DNA of 64,000 nucleotides. It comes from Cyanobacteria bacterium P01_D01_bin.156. GTDB taxonomy: Bacteria; Cyanobacteriota; Cyanobacteriia; Phormidesmidales; Phormidesmidaceae. Below the pieces are notes generated by a model. It was not told the origin of the DNA and did no database searches. It saw only the letters and a list, made by a program, of their open reading frames with translations. The stretch is from the NCBI GenBank assembly GCA_039024555.1, contig JBCCQQ010000009.1:32001-96000 (forward strand). The letters run 5' to 3'. Both the position numbers and the translations under genes were made by a program. Of the stretch, positions 39,437-49,912 are shown one piece after another. Positions within the stretch are counted from its first letter, which is position 1; each line of letters begins with the position of its first letter.

Positions 39437-41320
39437 ATGATTCATCCTGCCCACGCAGTATCCCGTCCAGTTTGGATTGCTCAATATTTACCTTCAATGA
39501 AGGGTGTGAAGTCTAAGCAATTAGGACGCTGGTGCTCGACACTGTGGGGCAGTGCTTTAGCCTGTGGCATGCTCCTAGGACTGCCCGTCCAGGCTGCGGA
39601 GCGGATTAATATCCAGGTGGGGCCAATCAAACAAACGCTATATGTCAGTGATTTAGCAGAATTTGCTAAAACTGGGCAAGTGCCAGCTCGTTTGAGCCTT
39701 TACGAAGCCTTTCTCACCCCTGATATTCAAGCGGCGTTGAATAATCGATTAATGCTCGATCCGGCTATGGCAGATCGAATGGTGATGGATATTTTGGCCT
39801 CGCCCAATGGTGAATTGCTACTCGATTCTCTGGCCCGGGTGGCTCCAGGACTGAGTGTTGACCAAATCCGTATGGCCATTCGTCTAGCTGCTAATCAAAC
39901 GAATGGCCTAAATGTGTTAGGTGTTTTGCAGGCTGTACCTCAGGAAACCTTAGATGTTGACTTAACGGCAGCCTTTGCGTTGGCATCGCAGCTGAATCTT
40001 TCTCGCTTGGAAGGGGATGCTCTGAGTACAGTGCTTGAGCAAGAACTGCTGGTTAATGATGGTTTGACTATTCCCGAAGGGGTAAACCCCACGGTAGGTG
40101 GTTCCATAGAGGTGACCAAGCGCTCCTTTAAGTTTGTGGATCGGGAGCGCGATCGCACCATACCTCTTGACTTATATGTACCTAACGAAACCTTTAGCCA
40201 AGATGCTCCATTGATTGCCCTTTCCCATGGATTTGCGGCGGATCGTCGATTTCTAACCTACGTTGGAGAACACTTGGCCTCCCATGGATTTACTGTAGTT
40301 GCCGTTGAGCACGTGGGGAGTAATGTCGAGGCACTGAACAAAACACCATTAGACCCGGCGGCTGTGGAGGAACCTAGCCGAATATTGCCTGCCAGCGAGT
40401 TTCTCGATCGTCCCCGTGACATTTCCTATGTCTTAGATCGGCTGGCATGGATGGAACAGGTTTCTCCCATGCTGCGGGATAAATTTGATCCTGACCGTGT
40501 GGTTCTTGTCGGCCATTCCTTAGGGGGATATACCGGGTTTGCCCTGGCTGGTGCGCAACTGGATCTATCGGCGATGCCTCCATTCTGTGCCAGTCTTTCC
40601 CCCGTTGGTCTCTCTCCTGCTGACTGGCTCCAGTGTGCGGCTGTAGATTTACCTGTTGTGACTACTGATTTAAGCGATGCGCGCATTGTGCAAGTGATTG
40701 CTATGAATCCTCTGATTGGCAGACTGTTTGGACGCAAAGGCCTGGGCGATGTAGCTGTTCCCAGCATTGTTCTAACGGGGACCAAAGATGGAGTAACTCC
40801 TACACTAGCCCAACAGCTTGCTCCTTTTAGCCAGCTCCAAGGTAATAACAATCATCTAATTGCGGTCATTGGCGGTACCCATCTGAGTGTTGGCGATCCT
40901 AATAACGTTAATGAAGCGCTTACTCAGATTCCTTTTATGCCGGAATTATCAGGAGAAGAAACTACGCAACTGCGGCAGTATCTCAAAGCGTTGACGCTAA
41001 GTGCTGTGATGCAACACACCACCGAGGCAGATACCTATGAACTCTTTTTAGACCCAGCCTATGCCCAACGATTTTCCACGGCTACCCTACCCCTACGCAT
41101 GACCCAAACTTTGCCTGCTAGTGTACGTAGCTGGCTGGAAACCATTGCCCCTGAGCGTGCGAGGGCTGAAACCGAAACACTACTATCTTGGGTGCGCCTA
41201 AAAACACTAGACGTTCGCCAATCATTAGGTCATGCCAATCGTCAAATCCAGGCTTATCTGCGTCAGGAGCAAGTATCTATTACCGTCCTCTACTGGCCTA
41301 TGAGGCTGCCATGGATCTAA
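39437..41320 (+). CDS. DUF1400 plus alpha/beta hydrolase (start probably near 39497)
   Basis: Signal peptide ending VQA-AERI, DUF1400-like N-domain, SHG, DRPRDISYVLD, nucleophile GHSLGG, GGTHLS. Confidence 0.85.
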   Translation: MIHPAHAVSRPVWIAQYLPSMKGVKSKQLGRWCSTLWGSALACGMLLGLPVQAAERINIQVGPIKQTLYVSDLAEFAKTGQVPARLSLYEAFLTPDIQAALNNRLMLDPAMADRMVMDILASPNGELLLDSLARVAPGLSVDQIRMAIRLAANQTNGLNVLGVLQAVPQETLDVDLTAAFALASQLNLSRLEGDALSTVLEQELLVNDGLTIPEGVNPTVGGSIEVTKRSFKFVDRERDRTIPLDLYVPNETFSQDAPLIALSHGFAADRRFLTYVGEHLASHGFTVVAVEHVGSNVEALNKTPLDPAAVEEPSRILPASEFLDRPRDISYVLDRLAWMEQVSPMLRDKFDPDRVVLVGHSLGGYTGFALAGAQLDLSAMPPFCASLSPVGLSPADWLQCAAVDLPVVTTDLSDARIVQVIAMNPLIGRLFGRKGLGDVAVPSIVLTGTKDGVTPTLAQQLAPFSQLQGNNNHLIAVIGGTHLSVGDPNNVNEALTQIPFMPELSGEETTQLRQYLKALTLSAVMQHTTEADTYELFLDPAYAQRFSTATLPLRMTQTLPASVRSWLETIAPERARAETETLLSWVRLKTLDVRQSLGHANRQIQAYLRQEQVSITVLYWPMRLPWI

Positions 41321-41335
41321 TGATTTCAGCTCTGA

Positions 41336-42370
41336 CTATATCTTTTGCGCCAGCATTAATCCGAACCAATTACGTTTATCGGTAAATGTTTGAAGCAGTT
41401 TAAAGCCATGCTTTGCAAGTTGTGTTTCCATTTGCTGTGGTGAGAATTTACGAGAGATTTCTGTGAGCAAACGCTCTCCATCTTGAAATTTGACTGTTAG
41501 ATCTAGCCTTTTAAGATAGACAGACTGTTCTTGCTGACTTTCCAAATACATCTCTATCTGGTGGTCGACTGTATTGTAGGTGGCGATATGGCGAAAATTG
41601 TCTAACTTAAAATCACCGTTATAGAGATTGTTGAGGTGTTGTAGCATGTTGAGATTAAAAGCAGCTGTGACTCCTTGAGCGTCGTTATAGGCTGCTTCAA
41701 CAATTTCAACATCCTTTTGTAAGTCCAAACCCAACAGAAAAAACTGTCCAGGTGTGAGTGCATCACTGATTGTTTGTAAAAACTGGTGACTTTCGACAGG
41801 CGACAAGTTACCAAGCGTGCTGCCGATAAACATCACCATGCGTGTGGGCAATTGAAGTTTAGGTAAGTTTTGGAGGGCTGGTTCGTAGGTGCTAATGAGG
41901 CCTTGAATCGTCAGATTGGGATAGTCTTCAAGGAGCTTGATGGAACTCTCTTGAAGCATAGTGCCGCTGACATCAATGGGTACGTAGTGTAGAGGATAAT
42001 TTTGGGATGTATAAGCATCCAGCAGCAGCCTAGTTTTGGTTGCACTGCCACTTCCCAGCTCTACCAGTTCACATCCTCCAGTCAGTTCAGTAATTCTGGA
42101 GGCGTAGGCACCCAAAATAGATGCTTCTGTACGAGTTGGATAGTACTCCGGTAAGTTACAGATTTTTTCAAAAAGTTGTGAGCCCTGCTGGTCGTAGAAG
42201 TATTTAGGGGGTAACGCTTTAGGAGCCATAGACAGGCCCTTAAGGACATCTTGTCCTTCTGGTTGAGCTGATGTGTTGTGGGAACTGTCTATGCTCAATA
42301 CTTGCAGGCGTTTACTGACATCTGTTGAAGCGATGAAAGTGTCACGGTTAAAGACGGTAGAAGGAGCCAT
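41336..42370 (-). CDS. egtD: L-histidine N-alpha-methyltransferase
   Basis: PKYFYD..GS.LFE.I..LPEYY.TRTE, VELGSG, AYND..GVTA.FNLN, TEISRKF motifs. Confidence 0.95.
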   Translation of the reverse strand: MAPSTVFNRDTFIASTDVSKRLQVLSIDSSHNTSAQPEGQDVLKGLSMAPKALPPKYFYDQQGSQLFEKICNLPEYYPTRTEASILGAYASRITELTGGCELVELGSGSATKTRLLLDAYTSQNYPLHYVPIDVSGTMLQESSIKLLEDYPNLTIQGLISTYEPALQNLPKLQLPTRMVMFIGSTLGNLSPVESHQFLQTISDALTPGQFFLLGLDLQKDVEIVEAAYNDAQGVTAAFNLNMLQHLNNLYNGDFKLDNFRHIATYNTVDHQIEMYLESQQEQSVYLKRLDLTVKFQDGERLLTEISRKFSPQQMETQLAKHGFKLLQTFTDKRNWFGLMLAQKI

Positions 42371-42435
42371 AAAAAACTGGGATCAACAGGGCAAGTGTAG
42401 CTTGGGACGGCATGTTTCGTGGGTAGTCCAGTACT

Positions 42436-43710
42436 CTACTGAGCACAGCGAAAACCCATAAATAGCTCACGCACATGGGGCTCATACCAATTGCGAAAGC
42501 TAGGCCGTAAGGCCCAGGGACGAGTTGCCCAACTGCCTCCCCGTAGTACCCGATGCCGATCGTCAAAGTATGCCTCTGAATAGCCTTTGTAGGGATAGGA
42601 TTCAAATCCTGGATAAGGTCGGAACCAACTGTTTGTCCATTCCCAAACGTTTCCTAGTAAGTCAAAACAGCCATAGTCGCTAACGGCCTGATGATAGGCA
42701 CCTACAGGACTCGTGTGACCTAAACGATGATTGCAGTTAATTTGATTCGCTGCCAAAAGCTCGCAACGATTCTTTGTTAATCCTTGAGCGGCCATCGCCC
42801 ACTCAATCTCGGTCGGTAGTCGTTTCCCAATGAAGCGTGCATAGGCGCTGGCTTCGTACCAGTTCACACCGGATACAGGATAGTCTCGAAAGTCCTGTAA
42901 ACGATGCTCTGGCCAATAGAGTGGCTGGCTAATATGAGATGAGTTTGACTGTAACCAATGCCAACCTTCGTCACACCACCATTGGCGCTCTTGATACCCA
43001 CCTGCATCCATAAATTTGGCAAACTGTCCACAGGTTACTGGCGTACGAGCAATGCGAAAAGCCTCTACTTCACCCTCATACGAAGGTTGCTCATTATCAA
43101 TAGCGATTACCTCTGAGCTGTCTTGGGTGCTCTCATTCGGCCCCAGACATACCCTGCCGCCAGGGATTTGCACCATGCCTGGAGAAACTGACGGTAGTTG
43201 GATTTGGGCAGTTTCTTTTAGAGGAGTGAGTTTACCCTGATGTTGATGCAGGGCCATGACTAAAGATATGGTTTCACTGTGCTGACATTCATGCTGAACC
43301 AGCCAGTACCAGAGGCGTTTTTGTGTGTGTAAGGGCGCTGTTGCCAGATAGGCTAAGGTGCGTTGACGAATATCAGTGAGGAAGTTTAGTAACGTTTCTA
43401 AATCTGGTAGTTGTTGCCGTTGAGCTTTTGGTAGGCCATCGGCGGCAAATAGGGTTCGATAGTGTGGATAGGGACAGGGTTGCTGGGCTAGGTGTTCTAA
43501 AATCCAGAGAGACTCGGTAAAGGCAATATGGCCCAGATGCCATCCCACAGGGCTAAAGTCGGGGTGAGCTTGCTGTTTTAAGACTGGGCTGCTGATCTCT
43601 TGAACTAACTCTAAAGTCCCTTGGCGGCAGCTTTGGAGAATGGTCTGTAATTTGTTATGCAGAGCTGGGTCGGGGGATGAGGTTTGTTTAAGAGACGTTT
43701 GAAAAGCCAT
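42436..43710 (-). CDS. egtB: Ergothioneine sulfoxide synthase (DinB_2 plus FGE-like domains)
   Basis: FSPVGWHLGH, HECQH iron ligands, GNVWEWT, LRGGSW, FRNW; lies between egtC and egtD. Confidence 0.9.
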   Translation of the reverse strand: MAFQTSLKQTSSPDPALHNKLQTILQSCRQGTLELVQEISSPVLKQQAHPDFSPVGWHLGHIAFTESLWILEHLAQQPCPYPHYRTLFAADGLPKAQRQQLPDLETLLNFLTDIRQRTLAYLATAPLHTQKRLWYWLVQHECQHSETISLVMALHQHQGKLTPLKETAQIQLPSVSPGMVQIPGGRVCLGPNESTQDSSEVIAIDNEQPSYEGEVEAFRIARTPVTCGQFAKFMDAGGYQERQWWCDEGWHWLQSNSSHISQPLYWPEHRLQDFRDYPVSGVNWYEASAYARFIGKRLPTEIEWAMAAQGLTKNRCELLAANQINCNHRLGHTSPVGAYHQAVSDYGCFDLLGNVWEWTNSWFRPYPGFESYPYKGYSEAYFDDRHRVLRGGSWATRPWALRPSFRNWYEPHVRELFMGFRCAQ

Positions 43711-44479
43711 GAATTTGGGGATGAAAATCTTGAGCAACTGTCAAACTGTGGGACTGGGGTACGGGTTCCCAGTCGCCTTTGAACAAAGGCTCAGATGCCA
43801 GAATAATGCCTTGAGATTGGCGTAGCAGGTAGAACGAAGGAGCGTTTGCTTGATTATCAAAGCGGGCGGCGACTAATTGCTGTCCATCACTGATAATAAT
43901 CACACCACTGACTCGAACATCATGACCGGTTGCTAGCGCTTGGATCATATCCACAGCTTTTTCTACGGCATGATGTAATGCCAGTTGAGGTTGACTGTCC
44001 AGTAGATGGGTAATCAATGCAAAAATATGCTCTGAGTCAGTCAGGCCGTAAATATTTTGGTAGGCGGCATCACCAATAATCTCCCGCATAGGTCGGTAGA
44101 GCGTCTGGCGAAACTTTTCGATGTAGCCGTTATGCACAAATAACAGCTGCTCGTGGCGAAAGGGTTGGCAATTACTGAAATCTAAGGGTAAACCTGGTGT
44201 GGCACTGCGAATATTAGCAACAAAAGAGCGGGCTGTAATATAGCGACATAAATCCTTGAGATTGCCATCATTCCAGATGGGCAAAATGTTTCTGTAAACA
44301 AAGGGGACTGCATCTGGATCATTGGGATGATGCCAGCCAATGCCGAAGCCATCGGCGTTTAGCAACGCCACTTCTAATTCCTTTGGTTGATAACTTTGAA
44401 CGACCAAAGAATGTTCAGGTTTCAGAATTAAGTCTTCTAGGGGAATAGGCTGGCCCAGATAAGCAAGGAGGCGGCACAT
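43688..44479 (-). CDS. egtC: Gamma-glutamyl-hercynylcysteine sulfoxide hydrolase (Ntn amidohydrolase)
   Basis: Met-Cys start MCRLLAY, HSL..QSY, NADGFG.GW, RSATPG, HNG, TDSEH motifs. Confidence 0.93.
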   Translation of the reverse strand: MCRLLAYLGQPIPLEDLILKPEHSLVVQSYQPKELEVALLNADGFGIGWHHPNDPDAVPFVYRNILPIWNDGNLKDLCRYITARSFVANIRSATPGLPLDFSNCQPFRHEQLLFVHNGYIEKFRQTLYRPMREIIGDAAYQNIYGLTDSEHIFALITHLLDSQPQLALHHAVEKAVDMIQALATGHDVRVSGVIIISDGQQLVAARFDNQANAPSFYLLRQSQGIILASEPLFKGDWEPVPQSHSLTVAQDFHPQIHGFSNVS

Positions 44480-44502
44480 GGCAAGGGTAGGCGAGAGTTT
44501 CC

Positions 44503-44886
44503 CTAGTTTGTCAGAGAGACTGCTGCAATGGCTAAAAGTATCCAACCTATGATTAGCGCTAGACCCCCTATGGGAGTGACTATTCCTAAGATTTTGATGC
44601 CGGATAGGCTTAAACCGTAAAGGCTACCGGAAAAAAGAACGATGCCAAGGATAAATGCCAAACTGGCATAGTTAAGCCAGCTATTATCCGGTAGCTGTAA
44701 CCAGAGTAAACCGACTGCCAGCATCGCTAGGGCGTGATACATCTGGTATCGGGTACCCAGCTCAAAGGTGGATAGGGCTTTTTCAGAAAGCTGGGCTTTG
44801 AGAGCGTGGGCTCCAAATGCTCCAGCGGCTACGGATGAGCCACCGAGAATGGATGCGATCGCAAGGCATAGACGGGCAGTCATCAT
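44503..44886 (-). CDS. DUF423 family membrane protein
   Basis: GAFGAHAL, YQMYHAL, LFSGSLY, TPIGG motifs. Confidence 0.92.
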   Translation of the reverse strand: MMTARLCLAIASILGGSSVAAGAFGAHALKAQLSEKALSTFELGTRYQMYHALAMLAVGLLWLQLPDNSWLNYASLAFILGIVLFSGSLYGLSLSGIKILGIVTPIGGLALIIGWILLAIAAVSLTN

Positions 44887-44896
44887 AGCGGTTGTC

Positions 44897-45592
44897 CTAA
44901 TCTGAAACCTTAACGGCTTCTAATAGACGGGAGAAGTAAAACTGAGTAGCTGTGAACTCTTTGCGTTTAATTTCCCAACCATTGGCCTTAAGTGCAGCTC
45001 GAATGTCTGACTCGCTGTGAAGATAGGCCCGAGTGGCCTTGCTAGGGCCAGGGAAGAACTCCCCAATGCGTTTCAGTACGGTGTAGAAAGGATTTTTAGG
45101 TGCGAAGCTTAAGATCAATCGTTCTTCTGCCAGAGAGCTTAGATGCGCAATCATATCCTTTGCTTTTTCCTGGGGATAATGAATTAGCACATCTAGGCAC
45201 ACAACCGTGTGATAGCTGCCATCTAAGAGCTCTAAATCTTTAGCGTCAAATGTGGGCTGAGCTTCGGCGGGCAATAGCTCCTTGGCCCGGTAGCTAGCTT
45301 CTTCCACCATTTTTTCAGAAATATCGCTGCCAGCAACCTGAGCACCCATGGCTGCTAATGGAATACTGAGGCTGCCCACACCACAGCCTGCATCGCATAC
45401 CGTCAACCCATCAGCGTTACCGTCTTGCTGGAACCAATACAGAACATGATCAACAGTTTGCTGATGACCTTCACGAATATCCCGCTGAACTTTATTGACT
45501 TGACCATCACCATAGATACGGCTCCAACGATCAAATCCTTGGGCATTGAAATAATTACGAACGATAGTTTTATCGTCAGTGGCACTCGTCAT
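44897..45592 (-). CDS. chlM: Magnesium-protoporphyrin IX methyltransferase
   Basis: YFN..GF.RW..IYG, DAGCGVG, CLDVLIHYP, FPGPSK.TRAY, FYFSRLLE motifs. Confidence 0.97.
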   Translation of the reverse strand: MTSATDDKTIVRNYFNAQGFDRWSRIYGDGQVNKVQRDIREGHQQTVDHVLYWFQQDGNADGLTVCDAGCGVGSLSIPLAAMGAQVAGSDISEKMVEEASYRAKELLPAEAQPTFDAKDLELLDGSYHTVVCLDVLIHYPQEKAKDMIAHLSSLAEERLILSFAPKNPFYTVLKRIGEFFPGPSKATRAYLHSESDIRAALKANGWEIKRKEFTATQFYFSRLLEAVKVSD

Positions 45593-45788
45593 AGGGATTG
45601 ATCAGCGATTTCTCTACGCTCAGATCCTATTACGTTTTGGGCCAATAGATAGCTACTTAATTCTCTGTGTGTACAGAGACACTTCATTGATGATCGCTTT
45701 CGTTGTTGCTGCGGAAAGGGTAGTCAGGTCCTTTTTCTTAATCCATATGCATGCGCTCTGCTCCGAGACGTTTTTGGTTGGTAGCTGT

Positions 45789-46931
45789 TTAATTTTCCAA
45801 AATTCTTTGCCAGGTAAGGTCTTTTCCGTCGATGTGCCATTGCAGCAGATGGGTGGTTTGTCGAGGAGCTAAGAGAGGCATTCCCATTGCCTGACGGGGG
45901 TGTGCCGTAGCCAATAAAATCGCCTCTTCCACACTACATAAATCCCATTTCACTAAGTTCTTGGCCCCGTCCAGTAGGGGCCGGGTTGTTCCAGAAAGGG
46001 TCCCGTCAGCTAAACGAGCTGTACCACCTTTAACTTCGATTTCTCTTTGATCCCAAGGGTAGATGCCATCAGGAAGCCCTAACGGCGACAGGGCATCGCT
46101 GACAAGGAATAGACCTCCGGAGGTATCGCTGCCTCTGCCTATCCGCAGCAGTAAATCCAGCATCGTGGGACAAATGTGTTGACCATCGGCGATCACCCCG
46201 GCGAACACATGGGGGTGGGTCAGTGCAGCCCCTAGCAGTCCTGGTTCTCGATGGTGTAACCCAGGCATGGCATTAAAGGCGTGGGTGACCATGGAAGCTC
46301 CCTGAAAAAAGGCAGTTTGGGCTTCGGTTGCTGTTGCTAAAGAGTGTCCTAGGCTAACGGTAATATTGTGCGATTTCAGCCAGGGAATAACCTCGGTATC
46401 CTTTTCCATTTCAGGGGCCAGAGTAATAATTCTGACGACATCTAGGTAGTGGCTCAGCAGTGTTTTTACACGTTCTAGGGATAGGGGTTGAACATACTCT
46501 GCCGGATGGGCTCCCCGTTTATTTGGGTTCAAAAATGGCCCCTCTAAGTGAGCTCCTAAAACAGTTGCATGGCCGGGTTGTTTATCGGTCTCCTGGTATG
46601 CCTTGATCGCCGCCAGACTTCTCTGAATTTTGTTGGTGTCTGCTGTCACGATGGTAGGTGCAAAGGCATCTATCCCCTGAGTCCATAGAAAACTTGCTGC
46701 TTTTTCGAGTTCTTCAGGGGTTTCCAAGTCTGGGAATGCCAGCCCTAGCACCCCGTTAATTTGTAAATCTACGCCGCCCAAGGAAATCCAATCACCTTTT
46801 AGATCCATCGCCTGGACTGCATTAGCAGACACTTTTTCCATTGGCAAAATGGAACGCAGTTGGTGGTTGACGACTTCTAGACAGTAAAGACCTGGCTGTT
46901 TAGGAAGACGTACATTGAGCAAAATTGCCAT
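45789..46931 (-). CDS. nagA: N-acetylglucosamine-6-phosphate deacetylase
   Basis: DLQING, HLEGPF...RGAH, TLAPE, GHS, THAFNAM, IADG.H, VSDA motifs. Confidence 0.93.
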   Translation of the reverse strand: MAILLNVRLPKQPGLYCLEVVNHQLRSILPMEKVSANAVQAMDLKGDWISLGGVDLQINGVLGLAFPDLETPEELEKAASFLWTQGIDAFAPTIVTADTNKIQRSLAAIKAYQETDKQPGHATVLGAHLEGPFLNPNKRGAHPAEYVQPLSLERVKTLLSHYLDVVRIITLAPEMEKDTEVIPWLKSHNITVSLGHSLATATEAQTAFFQGASMVTHAFNAMPGLHHREPGLLGAALTHPHVFAGVIADGQHICPTMLDLLLRIGRGSDTSGGLFLVSDALSPLGLPDGIYPWDQREIEVKGGTARLADGTLSGTTRPLLDGAKNLVKWDLCSVEEAILLATAHPRQAMGMPLLAPRQTTHLLQWHIDGKDLTWQRILEN

Positions 46932-47138
46932 GGATTTTAAGGTTGGCCGACTGTTTAGGAATCATCCCACAGTATCTGGGGTCGGGTTTTGGAGCGCTAA
47001 GAATCTCAACTACAGAAATAACGGTTGTATTTTTGCTATTTTGAACTCTCGCCATGCATTCCTCTGAAGGAGGACGGTCCATGGTAGGTTTTGCGGTTGT
47101 GTTTCCTTTAACTCAGCAAAGGCTGATTTCCTATTCCT

Positions 47139-47684
47139 ATGACTTCTCCTCTCATTGGCATCATCATGGGTAGCGACTCTGATTTGCCCACCATGGAGGC
47201 GGCTATCAATGTTTGTGAAGACTTTAATATCCCCCATGAAGTGGCGATTGTTTCCGCTCATCGCACGCCTAACCGCATGGTGCAATATGCCCAGACTGCT
47301 GTGGAACGGGGGTTAAAAGTCATTATTGCGGGTGCAGGTGGAGCGGCGCATCTGCCTGGAATGGTAGCGGCGTTAACGCCGCTACCCGTCATCGGTGTCC
47401 CTGTGAAAAGTCGCGGCATGCAGGGCATTGATTCGCTTTACTCCATTGTTCAAATGCCGGGGGGGATTCCGGTGGCGACTGTTGCCATCGGCAATGCTAA
47501 AAATGCTGGTCTGCTAGCTGTTCAAATTCTTGGGACGTGCGATCGCAAGCTGCTTCATCAGATGCAAGCTTATCGTCAGGAATTGGAATCAAGTGTTTTG
47601 CAAAAACAACAACGCCTGGAAGAATTAGGTCCCCATGCCTACCTAAAAACCACGTTTCCATCGTGTAATAAAGAGACCACCTGA
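47139..47684 (+). CDS. purE: N5-carboxyaminoimidazole ribonucleotide mutase
   Basis: [41 protein letters not shown] motifs. Confidence 0.97.
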   Translation: MTSPLIGIIMGSDSDLPTMEAAINVCEDFNIPHEVAIVSAHRTPNRMVQYAQTAVERGLKVIIAGAGGAAHLPGMVAALTPLPVIGVPVKSRGMQGIDSLYSIVQMPGGIPVATVAIGNAKNAGLLAVQILGTCDRKLLHQMQAYRQELESSVLQKQQRLEELGPHAYLKTTFPSCNKETT

Positions 47685-47788
47685 TCGCTGGAATGCTTCT
47701 AAATGAAGCGTCATTTCCATAAATTTTTGTAAATAAGCAAAAATAACCAGCTTTCAAACCCCTAATATTCGAGTCACACAAGCTAAGT

Positions 47789-47830
47789 GTATTCCCTGAT
47801 ACAGAATGACTCGGCTGAAATTGGTGCAAT
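47789..47830 (+). promoter_or_regulatory. NtcA-binding site with class II -10 spacing upstream of amt
   Basis: tGTA-TTCCCTGA-TACa (GTA-N8-TAC, 47789-47802); -10-like TGCAAT starts 22 nt downstream (47825-47830). Confidence 0.8.
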
Positions 47831-48107
47831 CTATCTACATGGATATGTGCAATGTACCTGCACCAGTGTGCCTGCAGATTTAGCCGTGTGGGGTATGGAA
47901 TAAGCTTTCCATGGAAACATTTCTACTTTATTTGTTGAGTGTTCCCATAGACAGGGTTTTCCATATCACCACTTCAGCCCTGTAGTCGGTCATTGAGTAT
48001 CTTGAACTGTCAAGGTCCCCTCACACAGAGGCTTTACTGTTTGGGCTCTTATGCCTTTTTCGGTAAGTTTTCGTTGATTGGATTGTGTTGTAGGAACGTC
48101 TGTTGAG

Positions 48108-49568
48108 ATGTCTAGTCTAAATTTCGGCCGCAAGGCAAGACGGCGTAAATCGTCTGTCTGGGATTCTTATGCGCCACCATTTGACCAAATGGCTAAGCGC
48201 TTCTTTGGTAGAAGCTTTTCATGGGCTTGGATAGCCTGTATTCCTCTAGCGCTTGTAATTATTGCCACCTGGGATACAGCTGCTCATGCTCAGGAAGATG
48301 CTCTGACTCCTGAAAATGTTCAGTTTGTCTTAGACAATATCTGGGTGCTGGTTGCATCTGTTCTGGTGATTTTCATGAATGCCGGGTTCGGTATGTTGGA
48401 AACCGGTTTTTGCCGCCAGAAGAACGCAGTTAACATTCTTTCCAAAAACTTAATTGTTTTTGCTTTGGCAACGTTGTCTTTCTGGGCCATCGGTTTTGGT
48501 CTAATGTTCAACGAGGCAAACCCAGTCTTTGGCATGGGTAACTTCTTTTTGTCAGGCCTGTCTGCTGATGAGCCCTATGCAGGTAATCTGACAGCTCCTG
48601 TCTTCTTCCTGTTCCAGGCCGCTTTTGCGGGTACTGCAGCGACTATTGTCTCTGGTGCAGTTGCTGAGCGCATTAAGTTCACGGATTTTATTATCTTCAG
48701 CATTCTGCTAACAGCTGTTTCTTATCCCATTACCGGTCACTGGGTCTGGTCCGGTAGCGGTTGGCTGGGTGCTTTGCCAACAGGCGGTTTTTCTGACTTT
48801 GCAGGTTCTACTGTTGTACACTCCGTTGGTGGTTGGGCTGCCCTAGTAGGTGCTGCTATTCTTGGCCCCCGCATTGGTAAGTATCAGGATGGTCAAATTA
48901 ATGCTATCCCTGGCCACAACATGAGTATCGCAACCCTTGGTTGCCTAATTCTCTGGATTGGTTGGTTTGGCTTCAATCCCGGCTCTGAGCTAGCGGCTAG
49001 TGGCGCTGTTCCTTACATTGCAGTGACCACTAACCTAGCAGCGGCAGCTGGTGGTGTTTCTGCAACGCTCACAGCTTGGATAATGAGTGGTAAGCCTGAC
49101 CTTTCCATGATTATCAACGGTATCTTGGCTGGCTTAGTTGGTATTACCGCGGGTTGTGCTGGCGTTAGCTTCTTTGGTGCAGTTGTTATCGGTTTGGTTG
49201 CAGGTGTACTGGTAGTCTTCTCCGTTGGCTTCTTTGACAGCATCAAGATCGATGACCCTGTGGGTGCTATCTCTGTCCACCTAGTGAACGGTATGTGGGG
49301 TACCCTAGCCGTTGGTTTGTTCGATACTTCCGCCGGTCTTTTCTACGGTGCTGGTATTGGTCAGCTGATTTCTCAGGTCATAGGTATCCTTGCCATCGGT
49401 CTATTCACTGTTGTCTTTAGCGCTATTGTTTGGACTATCCTCAAGTCTGCCTCTGGCCTACGTGTTTCCGCCGAAGAAGAACTCAAGGGTTTGGATATTG
49501 GTGAGCATGGTATGGAAGCTTACAGTGGTTTCCTTAAGGACACTAGCGATATGGGCGGTGTTGCCTAA
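48108..49568 (+). CDS. amt: Ammonium transporter
   Basis: [57 protein letters not shown] motifs. Confidence 0.97.
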   Translation: MSSLNFGRKARRRKSSVWDSYAPPFDQMAKRFFGRSFSWAWIACIPLALVIIATWDTAAHAQEDALTPENVQFVLDNIWVLVASVLVIFMNAGFGMLETGFCRQKNAVNILSKNLIVFALATLSFWAIGFGLMFNEANPVFGMGNFFLSGLSADEPYAGNLTAPVFFLFQAAFAGTAATIVSGAVAERIKFTDFIIFSILLTAVSYPITGHWVWSGSGWLGALPTGGFSDFAGSTVVHSVGGWAALVGAAILGPRIGKYQDGQINAIPGHNMSIATLGCLILWIGWFGFNPGSELAASGAVPYIAVTTNLAAAAGGVSATLTAWIMSGKPDLSMIINGILAGLVGITAGCAGVSFFGAVVIGLVAGVLVVFSVGFFDSIKIDDPVGAISVHLVNGMWGTLAVGLFDTSAGLFYGAGIGQLISQVIGILAIGLFTVVFSAIVWTILKSASGLRVSAEEELKGLDIGEHGMEAYSGFLKDTSDMGGVA

Positions 49569-49615
49569 TCAGTGTGTTCTGACGCTAATTAGCGTTTGAT
49601 CATAGATAGTCCTTT

Positions 49616-49657
49616 AAAAGCGAGCCGTTTCAATACGAAACGGCTCGCTTTTGTTTT
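49616..49657 (+). terminator. Intrinsic terminator after amt
   Basis: 16-bp stem AAAAGCGAGCCGTTTC/GAAACGGCTCGCTTTT followed by GTTTT. Confidence 0.85.
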
Positions 49658-49912
49658 GTCTGCTGATTGGCGCGATCTCACATATGAAGGTAGATTTTTC
49701 AGCTAATATTCCTGGACTTTCCTACCCTAAGCTTAGTTACAATTCCATCCCAGCTTGGATATGCACTGATACCCTTATTGAAAGTTGGATAGCCACAGCT
49801 CACAACATTAGTGCTCGTTAAAAACTGCAGATAGCTATTGCTATTTGCATATCAAGCCGCTGAATACATCCAGTAGTTTGATATATTCAAACATTGTCAA
49901 ATCCTATATTGC

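Noticed and set aside
48016..48027. CCCCTCACAC resembling the Yfr1 sRNA motif ACTCCTCACAC
   Set aside because: The match is imperfect, it lies in the presumed amt leader, and the flanking terminator stem is missing.
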